A stretch of 63,869 bases of DNA, the filler included, from Octopus bimaculoides (taxonomy: Eukaryota), in the NCBI RefSeq assembly GCF_001194135.2. It is 6 parts of 6 records of this genome, joined end to end, with 100 filler letters (N's around TTAATTAATTAA, not from the genome) between each part and the next. Parts side by side here need not be neighbours in the genome. Positions count along the whole stretch, not along the records: positions 1 to 29,125 come from NC_068990.1; positions 29,226 to 42,373 come from NC_068999.1; 4 more parts are not named here. The stretch is one strand, 5' to 3'. Shown here one piece after another: positions 27,069 to 39,078 of the stretch. Every line of letters begins with the position of its first letter. The stretch's first letter is position 1. A model generated the notes under the pieces. That model was not told where the DNA came from, searched no databases, and saw only the letters and a program-made list of their open reading frames with translations. A program made the translations under genes and the position numbers.

Positions 27069-27245
27069 CATATATACATACACGACGGGCTTCTTTCAGT
27101 TTCGTCTACCAAATCCACTCACAAAGATTTGATCGGCCTGAGGCTATAGTAGAAGATACTTGTCCGAGGTGCCACGCAGTGGGACTGAACCCGGAACAGT
27201 GAGCTTCGGAAGCAAGCTTCTTACCACACAGCCACGCCTGAGCCT
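26769..27245 (-). mobile_element. SINE family B, full length (tRNA/CORE-like head, internal microsatellite, 3' half)
   Basis: Minus strand: A-box ggcgtggctgtgtggtaag, B-box ggttcagtccc, ggcacctcggacaagtatctt, internal TA/TG tract, 3' end ...gcattcaaatgactgaaaaacgtaaaagagtaaaa. Confidence 0.9.
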
Positions 27246-28210
27246 ATAGCCACGAAACTGGAAAGTGTCCGGTCTTCTAATGTATATGGGTGCTCATGCG
27301 AGAATCTGGAACCTAGTCGTTAAATGTGAGCAGTGAGTGAGAGCAAAAAGACAGCTTCATGTGTATAAATATCTAATATAAATTAAATATGGTAGCTGAA
27401 AGCTTTTCACAACCCACTTTCTACCTTATATTGATGGTATTTGCTTCAGATGTTTATGTTCTGAGACTAAATCACTCTGTAAGCATCTTTGAGTTTCATC
27501 CATCCGTGGTCATTAAAACAGAAATACTAGGATTAATGTAATCTCTTCTTTTCCCTCCTTAAAAGTACTAACCTTTTGACGAAATTCAAACAGTTATTTT
27601 GTTTGCTAATGTTTTGGTTAGAGAAAGCAGAAGAGAATCCATGATGTTTACCATCCGTAACTAGTAATCCGAAGTAAGCAAATTAACCTCAGACCTACTG
27701 TTTGCAAAAGAGTGGATTCCACAAAAGGTGCACCAGAGAAAGTGACAGTACAGAATGCAGTAGCGGATAATGTCTATTGGTCAATAACTCGTACAATTCT
27801 GTGGGATCTCTGATGATAAGGGGTGATAATAGTTTATTACAAAACTAGTCATAGGATCAAGGCATTTGATCAGGTGTTTGACCAGTGCTGACTTCATCAT
27901 AAAGAATAAGTGTTCTTTCTATAAATCTTTCAAGTTATGTGTGTGTATGTGTGTGTGTATGCGCGCGCCTATGGATACGTGGTTAGTAGAACAAACGAAA
28001 GAAATGTTTGGCGACAAATATTTTTCTTTCGTTTTTCGAGATGACATGCTTTATTTGCCTGAATTTCTGTCAACCAGTAACTTATACAGTAACGTATATT
28101 CTTACCTGTGTGAACTAGTCAAGTACTTACCTACGTAATCCTATAACCAAAATCACTGTATATGTGTGTGTGTGTGTGCGTGTGCGAGTGTGCGTGCGTG
28201 CGAGTGTGAC

Positions 28211-28242
<32 letters not shown>

Positions 28243-29042
28243 CATATAAACGCGTAAATATAAATGCAATTCCATATTTTGTAAGTCTTCTTTTAATTCA
28301 GTTAGCAGTCTAGGAATATTGCTAACCTCCTAATGATTTATCAATTAATCATTACATAATTTCTCTAACCTATTTTCCATGCTCTTATATATCTATCAAT
28401 CACTGTATATACATTTATGTGTATTTGTGTGAACGAGTGTATGTGTATGTTTGTCTGTACACGTGTATGAATGCTTGTCATCATTATGAAGTATTTATAT
28501 TTATTATTACATCATTAATCATATACAGCTTCATTCAAAATATTTTTTTTTTTAAATTTGACTCAGAAATCTCATTTAATTTCTTTACGCCTGTCACGGA
28601 TGTCCATCATGTATGCTTTCAATCTATTGTCAATGACTTATCCTCTTTCATTCTCTCTCCTTCTCTCTATCTTACTCACACCCTTACTCTTAATCTCTGT
28701 CTCTCCTAATCAACGTATTTCCCTTTAATTCTTCTTCGTTTCTCTGTTTCATTTGTTCCTTCTCTGTCTCAATCTTTTTCTCTATTTGTCTTTTTGTTTC
28801 TCTAACCATTGCATTTTTTATAGTCAGCATCCATTTATATCTGTTTCTCCCCCCTCTCTCACACACACACTGTATATCATGTATATATCCTATCTCATGT
28901 ATATACTCTATCTCATGTATATACATACTTATGTATATATGCACACACATATATAATTATACATATATATATATATATATAAATATATTGTATACACATA
29001 CATACATATATACATATATATACGCATATACATATATATAAC

Positions 29043-29097
<55 letters not shown>

Positions 29098-29225
29098 GCA
29101 CACACACACACACACACACATATATNNNNNNNNNNNNNNNNNNNNNNNNNNNNNNNNNNNNNNNNNNNNTTAATTAATTAANNNNNNNNNNNNNNNNNNN
29201 NNNNNNNNNNNNNNNNNNNNNNNNN

Positions 29226-29282
<57 letters not shown>

Positions 29283-29489
29283 CATACATACATACATATA
29301 TGTATATATACACACACGCACTCATACACGCATGCATATAAATACACATCCATACTACATCCATCCCTACATACATGCACATATATTTTGGCATACATCG
29401 AAAGTCGATTAATATCCAGACTGTGTATGTTTACACCCGTGCGCGGATGTATGTCTTATACTTATTACCTGGGATAGAAGAGGAAATTG

Positions 29490-29569
29490 GACACAAAACG
29501 TAAACCCGGAAGAAAAGCCTCTAAGCATTTTCTCCGGTGTGCTAATGATTCAGTCAGCTCGCTGCCTTA
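29490..29569 (-). mobile_element. SINE family A, 5' head fragment
   Basis: Reverse complement taaggcagcgagctgactgaatcattagcacaccggagaaaatgcttagagg. Confidence 0.7.
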
Positions 29570-29763
29570 ATATTGGGTTCAGTTTTAGTGAAGATGGAAA
29601 AGTCGATTACATTGAATTTATGATTTGGCTGGTACTGAATTTTATGGACTCCGAAAGAATGAAAGGCAAAATTGATTCCATTGAGTTTTGAACACGATGT
29701 CAAGAAGCAAAATATGTATATAGCAAGCTGATTTTTTTTTCCGGTGTTCAAACAATTTCAGCC
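29570..29763 (-). mobile_element. SINE family A, strongly diverged
   Basis: aagtcgattacattga...ctggtactgaattttatggactccgaaagaatgaaaggcaaaattgattcc. Confidence 0.65.
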
Positions 29764-30047
29764 AAATAAAACAATGCCAATTATTACGGATAATGATTAG
29801 AAAAATTATTCTGACTAAAAATTCTATCTATATCCGGGTATAAAGAGTGACGGGAAGAGAGAGACGGCTATGCTCTAATTCCACCAATCAGCGAGCAGCT
29901 TACGTAATATAACTCAGCATGGCTTCTGTGAACTGGCACGGAGATTACTGCCGTAGACAATATGCATTTATAGCAACAGAAATTAGCCAGGAGTGATGCA
30001 GACATGTCACTTCTGTTTGCATTTTCTTCGTTTGTGCAGATATTCGT

Positions 30048-30114
<67 letters not shown>

Positions 30115-30211
30115 TGTCTGTCTGTCTGTCTGTATGTCTGTCTGTATCTGTGTTTGAGTGTGTTTGTCTGTGTGTGGTGTGTTTGTGTATCTTCCTGTGT
30201 CTTGATATATG

Positions 30212-30242
<31 letters not shown>

Positions 30243-30333
30243 GAGTGTGTGTGTGTGTCTAGATATAGATGTAAATAGAAAGATAGATTGATAGATGGAT
30301 AAATAGATAGATAGATGTAGCTATGCATATGCA

Positions 30334-30371
<38 letters not shown>

Positions 30372-30415
30372 TATATACAAACGAAAACAAGGAAAAAGTA
30401 CACAATATATAAAGT

Positions 30416-30419
<4 letters not shown>

Positions 30420-30460
<41 letters not shown>
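30420..30460. repeat. (AAT)n microsatellite
   Basis: Pure AAT run. Confidence 0.95.
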
Positions 30461-30461
<1 letters not shown>

Positions 30462-30551
30462 TACAACAACAATAACGGTAATTAAAATGTCAATCCTAAT
30501 TGCTGCTATATACACAAATACACTAAATACACGTGTACATACAGGCATGCG

Positions 30552-30587
<36 letters not shown>

Positions 30588-30903
30588 TACATACATACGT
30601 ACATACATACATACATACATACATACATGCATGCATATACATAAACACACATACATTCATCGCTATNNNNNNNNNNNNNNNNNNNNNNNNNNNNNNNNNN
30701 NNNNNNNNNNNNNNNNNNNNNNNNNNNNNNNNNNNNNNNNNNNNNNNNNNNNNNNNNNNNNNNNNNNNNNNNNNNNNNNNNNNNNNNNNNNNNNNNNNNN
30801 NNNNNNNNNNNNNNNNNNNNNNNNNNNNNNNNNNNNNNNNNNNNNNNNNNNNNNNNNNNNNNNNNNNNNNNNNNNNNNNNNNNNNNNNNNNNNNNNNNNN
30901 NNN

Positions 30904-30963
<60 letters not shown>

Positions 30964-31364
30964 ACGTGTGTGTAAGTGTGCCTTATGTTTATTACTCTGG
31001 ATAGGAGTAAGAGGAGTAAGGGGGTGAGAATTAACAAGAGGAAAAGGCAGAAGAGGTGTGCGGAGCCAATGAATTTTTTTTACCAGACTTCCTAGATTGG
31101 TATTGGGGGATATGGTCGGTGAACAGTTAGAATTTCTGTTGGTTGAAACTTAGGCGTGGACGATACAACGAGGAAGTCTGAGTTTATATATCTTTGGGCA
31201 ATGTAAACATCACTGAAAGATGCAAAGAAAAATATCCTGTGTGCATTATTGTTTTACCAAGAGAAATACACGGTTGTCACTCTCGCCAAAAGGGATTGAG
31301 TGAACCAGCGATTGACCCGTTGGTTTCCTGTAGCTCACGACTTTGTAATCAACATTTCGTTTTA

Positions 31365-31568
31365 TCCTCTACTATTACGTGTTTCAGGCAAATGCGGCCA
31401 TGCTGGAGGGGTTTTAGTCGAACAAATCGACCCTAGGACATATTTCTGAAGCTTGGAACGTATTTTATTCTATCAGTCTCTCTTTTGCCGAACCGCTACA
31501 TTACGGTGACGTGAAGACACCAACACCGATTGACAAGTGGTGATGAGGAGGGACACAAATACAAGCAC

Positions 31569-31570
<2 letters not shown>
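31365..31570 (-). mobile_element. SINE family B, 3' half
   Basis: tgcggccatgctggag...ttttagtcgaacaaatcgacc...ttttgccgaaccgcta, followed by an (AGAT)n run. Confidence 0.8.
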
Positions 31571-31631
<61 letters not shown>

Positions 31632-31632
31632 T
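31571..31632. repeat. (AGAT)n microsatellite
   Basis: Pure AGAT run abutting the SINE B 3' half. Confidence 0.95.
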
Positions 31633-32070
31633 ACTATGGATGCCGATTATTTTAAATTTTGTATTTACATACATCGCTTTTGAGTATTAATGTAATATGT
31701 CTGTATTATTACTTCGTTACTTCTCCTTCCATTTGTGTGTAGTGATATGTGTCTATTTAGTTAAATTAAATCCTAAGTATTTATAAATCTTTGTTTAGTT
31801 TAATTCTCTTATCTCTGTTTATTCTGATTGGAATTNNNNNNNNNNNNNNNNNNNNNNNNNNNNNNNNNNNNNNNNNNNNNNNNNNNNNNNNNNNNNNNNN
31901 NNNNNNNNNNNNNNNNNNNNNNNNNNNNNNNNNNNNNNNNNNNNNNNNNNNNNNNNNNNNNNNNNNNNNNNNNNNNNNNNNNNNNNNNNNNNNNNNNNNN
32001 NNNNNNNNNNNNNNNNNNNNNNNNNNNNNNNNNNNNNNNNNNNNNNNNNNNNNNNNNNNNNNNNNNNNNN

Positions 32071-32220
32071 GTTGCTATATTTATGTCCTTGTAACATAAC
32101 AGTTCGGCTACTGAGATTAACAGAGTAAGTATTATAGTCGATTTCTTCGACTAAAGCACTTCAAAACGCAGTGCTCCAGCCTGGCCGCAATCCAATACCT
32201 GAGACAAGTAAAAGATGAAA
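32071..32220 (+). mobile_element. SINE family B, 3' half, diverged
   Basis: gtcgatttcttcgactaaag...gtgctccagcctggccgcaatcc...gagacaagtaaaagatg. Confidence 0.7.
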
Positions 32221-33405
32221 AAAAAAAATAAAGATTAAAATGATAAAAGAAACAAAACAATCCCACCGTGACAACAACGACGGCGGGCGACCACGATCAA
32301 ACAGACAAGATACTAGATGTGTTGAACGGTGGGCCGTAGACTGTCAGACTCCAACGACAAATAGTTTTCCTTCGAGCGACCATGCTGGTTCAATGGCGTA
32401 CACAATTGCTAACTATTTCTTTCATCGCCCCTCTATTTGCCTTATGTAAGCTTATTTCATCGTCGTCCTTCTTTCAACGAATCTGTCTTTTCTTCGTTAT
32501 TTCATACTTTTCCTTTTTTTGTTTGTTTCTATATTTGTTGTTTCTTCATTATCTTCAGTATATTCATTTTCATCATCTTACATTGGTTGTTTTTGCAGAG
32601 GATTTTTGTTGCTTTTTCGTAATTTCGCTTCTTCAAGCAAACAGTTTATCTATTTTTTTTTAATATTTATCCGTTTTATAGCTTTTTCTTTCCTTCTTTC
32701 TTTATTCGTCTACTCTAGTTTCTCAATTTTTCTTTCTTTTACTCTTACTTTCCCGGTCTCCTTGTTCTCTTTCAATAATTACTCATGTGTGTGTCTGTGG
32801 AGTATATATACATATATAATTATCAAATATACATTCATATATCATACATGCACACATATATTCACATACATATACATAGATCCAAAAATTCCACCTCATT
32901 ACTTAATTCCAGATCCGAAATTTTTAACAAATGCAAGCACATGGACAAGTTTCTTTTGTCGAAATGCAGAACCCCAGCCTGACCAAATTGAGTAGCTTTC
33001 TCACAGACCTTGGTTTTCTCTCTGTTATATTATTCAACACTAGCTAGATAAATTATGATTTTTGTAGATAAAGAGGACGACAATCTCAGTTTCTTTTTAC
33101 TTTTCTTTGTTTTCTTCTCGTTCTACCTTTAGCATCAACCTCCTTCACGTTTGTCTCATGGTTCTTCATAGACCAGCGTCCTGGTTTTCAAACAGGTCTA
33201 ACGATATGCACTGAACCTGAATGAATGCTTGGAGACACATGGCATGTTATATCAATCTGCTAAAATATTGTATCTCTGCAGCATGAAACTACTAGTAGCC
33301 CTTTCTCAGTTGAATATGTTATATTATATTTATCTCTCACTGGATTGAGCACATTTTTATTGATCCTATCTGTAACTGAACAGTAAACTATACACACACA
33401 CGCCC

Positions 33406-33438
<33 letters not shown>

Positions 33439-34269
33439 NNNNNNNNNNNNNNNNNNNNNNNNNNNNNNNNNNNNNNNNNNNNNNNNNNNNNNNNNNNNNN
33501 NNNNNNNNNNNNNNNNNNNNNNNNNNNNNNNNNNNNNNNNNNNNNNNNNNNNNNNNNNNNNNNNNNNNNNNNNNNNNNTGTGTGTGTGTGTGTAGATGTA
33601 GATATATGCATATGGCACACACATCTTATGGCAATCTATCATAGCAAAATTGCGAACATCTGTGAGAAAACTGACCGATTTAATCATATTGATATTTGGA
33701 AGGAAAAATGCCTTGTGTTATTTCTAAAACTCGATTTACTCAGACAATCCACTCTGACATTTGTCATCTTTTAAATGCTGTGAACCGATGACATGTCGAT
33801 TGGATACTCAAAACCAACGGCGCTATTATTCTCAAATTGTGATATAGCAGTTTAAAAAACAAACGCACTGAATCACTGCTTGGCCTGTTAGATGTCTATG
33901 TGTTCACTGTTGTTGGCGGATGAGCTATTTAGATAAGGGTAGAATGTGAGTTTACACAGTATCTCTTACAATACAGCTAAGTCAGAATTTATTCGAAGTT
34001 AATAACAAGAAGCGTGATGAATGGACGAAGGAAGCGAGAAATAAATTACTATCACAAAGAGAATGAAAGAATGAATGACTAGTTCGATATATTTGAACTT
34101 CAATATCTAAGAAATCTATTGATCACAATGGCGTACAATAAGAAGGACTGAATCACGACTTCTCGAGTGATCGATTTCGAGGTCAGCGGATCTCTTTAGG
34201 TTTGAGGCAGCGAATTGACTGGGTCTTTCGAACATCGGATACAACTCCCACTCACGATATTTGTTACAA

Positions 34270-34480
34270 TCCTCTACTCACCAAGTTCAAACTCCGTTGA
34301 GATCAACTTTGCCTTTCATCCTTTCGGGATCCATGAATAAAGATCCAATCCTGTACAACAGGCTGGCGGGACTAAGAAGAAGGTTATGCCGAATGCCTAG
34401 CAGCGTTTGTTTCCGCTCTTTGCATCCTGTGTTCAAATCCCGCCATGGTCTATGTTGGATAGCAGACTTCATCCACTTGG
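34270..34480 (+). mobile_element. SINE family A fragments (two pieces)
   Basis: aagttcaaactccgttgagatcaactttgcctttcatcctttcggg and tgtgttcaaatcccgccatggtc. Confidence 0.6.
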
Positions 34481-34597
34481 CATTTATATGTCTTTAGCAG
34501 AGCCTAATCTGTTGAAACTGTTCAGGCCAAGTCACCAATTTAAAGATACTTTCCTTCCTTCATTCATTCATTCATTCACGCCTGCACCTAATGTTTT

Positions 34598-34770
34598 GCT
34601 TTAGTCGCCGCACTGTGGCCATGCTGGAACACTGCGCTGAAGGTTTTAGTGGAACAAATCTAGTGCTTGTTTTTTAAAGTCTGGTACTTATTTTGTCGCT
34701 TGCTATTCGAACCGCTACGTTACGGAGGAAGTAAACAAATCGGCCGGATGTCGGGTGGGTCAAACACGTG
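34598..34770 (-). mobile_element. SINE family B, 3' half, diverged
   Basis: ctgtggccatgctggaacactgc...ttttagtggaacaaatc...cgaaccgctacgttacgg. Confidence 0.7.
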
Positions 34771-34777
34771 AGTGTGC

Positions 34778-34814
<37 letters not shown>

Positions 34815-35334
34815 TGCGTGCGTGCGTGTGTGTGTGTGTGCGTGCGTTCGTGCGTGTATGTGGGTGCGTGCGTGTGTGTATGTGTGCATGTGTGTAAGTG
34901 AGTGTGTGAATGAGTGAGTGTGTGTGTGTGTGTGTATCATCTGTGTATATACTAAAACACATACATGCATATGCACACACAGCCTGTGTCACGCTGACTC
35001 TGGAAGGATTACACCGAGTGAGTCAATATCCTGTATAATTCAATGAGTTGATAGTTTCTGATTATCGAACGACTAGAAATCTCATCGATTAACTCCACCT
35101 GAAATTCTTTAGAAAAGGTGTGTCAGTATATCATTTCTACGTGTATTCGGGAATATGTCTATGTATGTGTTTAGGTTTACATGCTTATATGCATGCCTGT
35201 GCTTTGATTATGTGTGCATGTGCGTATGTAATGTGTAGATATATAATCGCACCTGTGCGTACGTGTGTGCGCGATCGAGTCTGTACCGTATGTGATCCTC
35301 TGTTTGCCGATGAGTATGTGTATGTGTGTATGTA

Positions 35335-35378
<44 letters not shown>

Positions 35379-36098
35379 TCTGTGTCTGTGTCTGTGTCTG
35401 TGTGTCTGTGTGTGTGTGTGTGCGCGCACATGTGTATGCAGAATTATATTGTGAAAATAGACGCTGAAATATTTCAGTAAAATCTACCAGACTATATACC
35501 GTTCACGTGGTGTGGCTTTAGCTTGGATGGAAAATTTACGATTCGAACCCACACTTGCAAACACATTGCAAAATGTATGTATGTATGCATGCGTGTGTGT
35601 ATGTGTGAATGTGTGTGTGTGTGTGTATGTGGGAAGGACGTGCGTGCATTTTGATACGCTATCAAAATATGTACCGTGATTAAACCACAGGACTCTCAGC
35701 AGTCAGGAAGCAAGATCCAATTGATTATCGATTAGTTACAACTTTCAAGCCATTGTTAGGAATCACCATGGTTACTAAGAAATGGTAGCTTAAATGCGCT
35801 CACGTAATCTGCATACAGATATCTGCACGTAGCGAAAAATACTATCTGTAAGCAATCAGGCGTGTGTAAGCGAATCCTGACGATGGCTTTAACGAGACAG
35901 TAAACTAACTTGTATATTCTTGAATACGCAGGAAGCCTATTTTTCACAGCGACACTATCAGATCGCGATTAGATATATGTTTACAGCATGCATGATCATA
36001 ACAATAATTACAGCTTGCATATCATATATACCGTATCATCATTCCAGTTAATATATACGCGTAAGTGTATGTATGTATGTACGTATTTATATGTGTGT

Positions 36099-36151
<53 letters not shown>

Positions 36152-36607
36152 NNNNNNNNNNNNNNNNNNNNNNNNNNNNNNNNNNNNNNNNNNNNNNNNN
36201 NNNNNNNNNNNNNNNNNNNNNNNNNNNNNNNNNNNNNNNNNNNNNNNNNNNNNNNNNNNNNNNNNNNNNNNNNNNNNNNNNNNNNNNNNNNNNNNNNNNN
36301 NNNNNNNNNNNNNNNNNNNNNNNNNNNNNNNNNNNNNNNNNNNNNNNNNNNNNNNNNNNNNNNNNNNNNNNNNNNNNNNNNNNNNNNNNNNNNNNNNNNN
36401 NNNNNNNNNNNNNNNNNNNNNNNNNNNNNNNNNNNNNNNNNNNNNNNNNNNNNNNNNNNNNNNNNNNNNNNNNNNNNNNNNNNNNNNNNNNNNNNNATGT
36501 ATATATATATATATACTATCAATATAGGAGAACGAGTTTTCATTAGAAGAATTACATTGATTACCACAGCAAATCGTTTCTGGTTAACTCTGAATCCATT
36601 TCCGGTA

Positions 36608-36640
<33 letters not shown>

Positions 36641-37693
36641 CGATGAGGAGGAGGAGGAGGAATAGTTGTAGTGCTGCTGGTGGTGGTAGTGGTGGTGTCG
36701 GTAGTGTGGTAGTGGAGTTAGTTGTTGTTGGCGAAATGGTCAAACGGTTTTAAGGCTCTGTCCACCTATATCTCTCTGTCTGGCTGAGTGTCCGTGTCTC
36801 TGTACTGGCGGTGTATCAATTGCGTAGGGGAGTGTGTGTTTATGAGTGTGTGTGTATGCGTATGCGTGTGCGCATGTGTGCATGTGTGTGTGTGTGTGTA
36901 TGTGTGTGTATGTGTGTGTGTGTATGCAAACACAACAGCAGCACATTGAAAGAAATATAGTTACATACATGCATTTCACACAAACACACATACATTCATA
37001 ACACAGGGACCATGCCAATTATGCACACGCAGCCATAAATACGTACACAACTACCGTTGCGCACATGCACGCACTTATACACGCTCATAGACCCATAGCC
37101 ACATACATACATACAAACATATGCATCTATATTTTGAACCGCCATTAAAATCAGAAAGAAACGGCGGAAACCTAATGCCAGAGGAAATAATGATACTGCC
37201 GTGTTGGATAGTATTTCTGGTTGGATGTGTCCTCTAGGAGCCTTCTTTTCCTATCTACAACATCAATCAAAGACTTAAAACAAGCAATGCTAATCGAAAC
37301 AGCTCAAACATCTTGTCAGATAGCATCATTCGCTCTGCCTCAAATCAAAGTCAACTGTTCACTGTACACACTGGTGTATATTTCTGCTCTGTACGTGCGT
37401 AAAAGTATATAAATATATATATATATANNNNNNNNNNNNNNNNNNNNNNNNNNNNNNNNNNNNNNNNNNNNNNNNNNNNNNNNNNNNNNNNNNNNNNNNN
37501 NNNNNNNNNNNNNNNNNNNNNNNNNNNNNNNNNNNNNNNNNNNNNNNNNNNNNNNNNNNNNNNNNNNNNNNNNNNNNNNNNNNNNNNNNNNNNNNNNNNN
37601 NNNNNNNNNNNNNNATGTATATACATGTATATACATATATATGCATACGTATATACGTCGACATATGTATATACATGTATATACATATACATA

Positions 37694-37739
<46 letters not shown>

Positions 37740-38410
37740 GTATGCATGTTTGTGTGTATATGTATATATACAAATATGTACCTACATATATGTATATATA
37801 TGTATATATATATGTGTGTGCATGTATGTGTGTGCGTATATATATGAACACTTATATATATGAGTGTGTGTGTATGTATATATATCTATATGTGTATATA
37901 TATAACATAAATATGTGTGTGTGTGTATCAGAAGCAATGGTCAAATGGGTAAAGCAGAAATAATTTAAATAAATTGAATTTAGTGATTTTTTTTCTTCCA
38001 TTTATTGCTCAATATTTCGATCATCAAATATCCTAGTCTTGAAGAAACAGGAAATCAGATCAGAACTGAAATCAGATTCAGATCTTTCGTTCAGATTAGA
38101 ATATACGGCATAACAGTATGCCAACAGTGTATACATTCATCAACCAATGCTGTTTCTGTCTTACCGTCCCAGCAAGGCGGATATATTGATGATAAAAACA
38201 TACCTTACCGAGTTTTAGAACATCTGAATTCTAGTGCCAAGGTGCCAGTCCCTTTCTAGATATTCCCGACAAGTTAATTTTCAGTTAATTTCTCGCCTGT
38301 ATCTAACGAGCTGTGGCGTATGTGAATATTTACTAAGAATTAAAAAATATATATATTTGTTCTTGAGCAAATCACTTCATTTCACGTTCCTCTACGATCT
38401 TTTGACATCT

Positions 38411-38598
38411 TATTTCTTCATTGCCCACAAGGGGCTAAACATAGAGGAGACAAACAAGGACAGATAAACGGATTAAGTCGATTACATCGAATCCAGTGCG
38501 TAACTGGTACTTAATTTATCGATCCCGAAAGGATGAAAGGCAAAGTCGACCTCGGCGGAATTTGACCTCAGAACGTAACGGCAGACGAAATACCGCTA
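38411..38598 (-). mobile_element. SINE family A with tail type 2, 5'-truncated
   Basis: cattgcccacaaggggctaaacatagaggagacaaacaagg...gatcccgaaaggatgaaaggcaaagtcgacctcggcggaatttgacctcagaacg...gaaataccgcta. Confidence 0.9.
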
Positions 38599-38735
38599 GT
38601 TCCTTTCTGTTGAAGAGCGTAGGCTCGAAACGTAAAAGACTTTCTCACTTTCCCGAGCGTTAAACTAATGCATTTGTTTGTTGTTTATATACCTGTCTTC
38701 GTCTTTTGTTTTTTGTTTTTTTTGTAAATTCTAAC
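38599..38735 (+). mobile_element. short non-coding repeat carrying a minimal hammerhead motif (PLE pLTR-like or retrozyme-like)
   Basis: Starts with the hammerhead motif, then cgttaaactaatgcatttgtttgttgtttatatacctgtcttcgtc...gtaaattc into a (CA)n tract. The 3' part is homologous to 60639-60711 (minus). Confidence 0.6.
38603..38638 (+). ncRNA. minimal type I hammerhead ribozyme motif, A6U core variant
   Basis: CTTT | CTGTTGA | A | GAGC-GTAG-GCTC | GAAA | CG | TA^ | AAAG. Stem I is CTTT/AAAG, stem II is a 4-bp hairpin, the cleavage triplet is GUA, and stem III reduces to the ACGT palindrome. Confidence 0.6.
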
Positions 38736-38775
38736 CACACACACACACACATGCGCGCGCGCACGCACACACACA

Positions 38776-38834
<59 letters not shown>

Positions 38835-38924
38835 CTTCACTGGGTCCATCCGTCCTTTTCACAGGTTATGCGTTTAGTCCTGCTGCGTTTCTAGCAACCC
38901 TACTCAGCAGACGGTAGTTAATGT

Positions 38925-39078
38925 CAGTAGCGTAACAAGGGGTTGGCGATAGGGCAGTCCACCCTGGGCGACGCTTTTATCGGGACGGCAGTTTTGGGGT
39001 CTGCTATATAAGCTTGAACAGGAAGGGGCCACGAAATTCAAACGTCTCCTCGGGCGGCCTATTGCAGCTATGTCATTG
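38925..39078. mobile_element. small hAT-like MITE (about 154 bp)
   Basis: Termini cagtagcgtaac and gctatgtcattg resemble CAGTGGCGTAGC-type hAT TIRs. Flanks gttaatgt and cttagtat match at 5 of 8 positions (eroded 8-bp TSD). Confidence 0.5.

Noticed and set aside
29126-29225. TTAATTAATTAA motif inside N runs, also at 42418-42429, 52899-52910, 59385-59396 and 61927-61938
   Set aside because: Each is a 12-mer between N runs (44 N on each side where counted, giving 100 bp) with stops in all six frames. This is an artificial scaffolding spacer, not biology.
35045-35095. Minus-strand GAGTT..TCGATGA-GATT..AATC-A-GAAA-CTA-TC-AACTC hammerhead-like arrangement
   Set aside because: Core reads TCGATGA, stem III cannot form, and the region folds equally well as a simple imperfect hairpin.
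35877-35910. CTGACGA-T-GGCT...AGT-AAAC hammerhead half-motif
   Set aside because: G12 is missing and there is no stem I or III.
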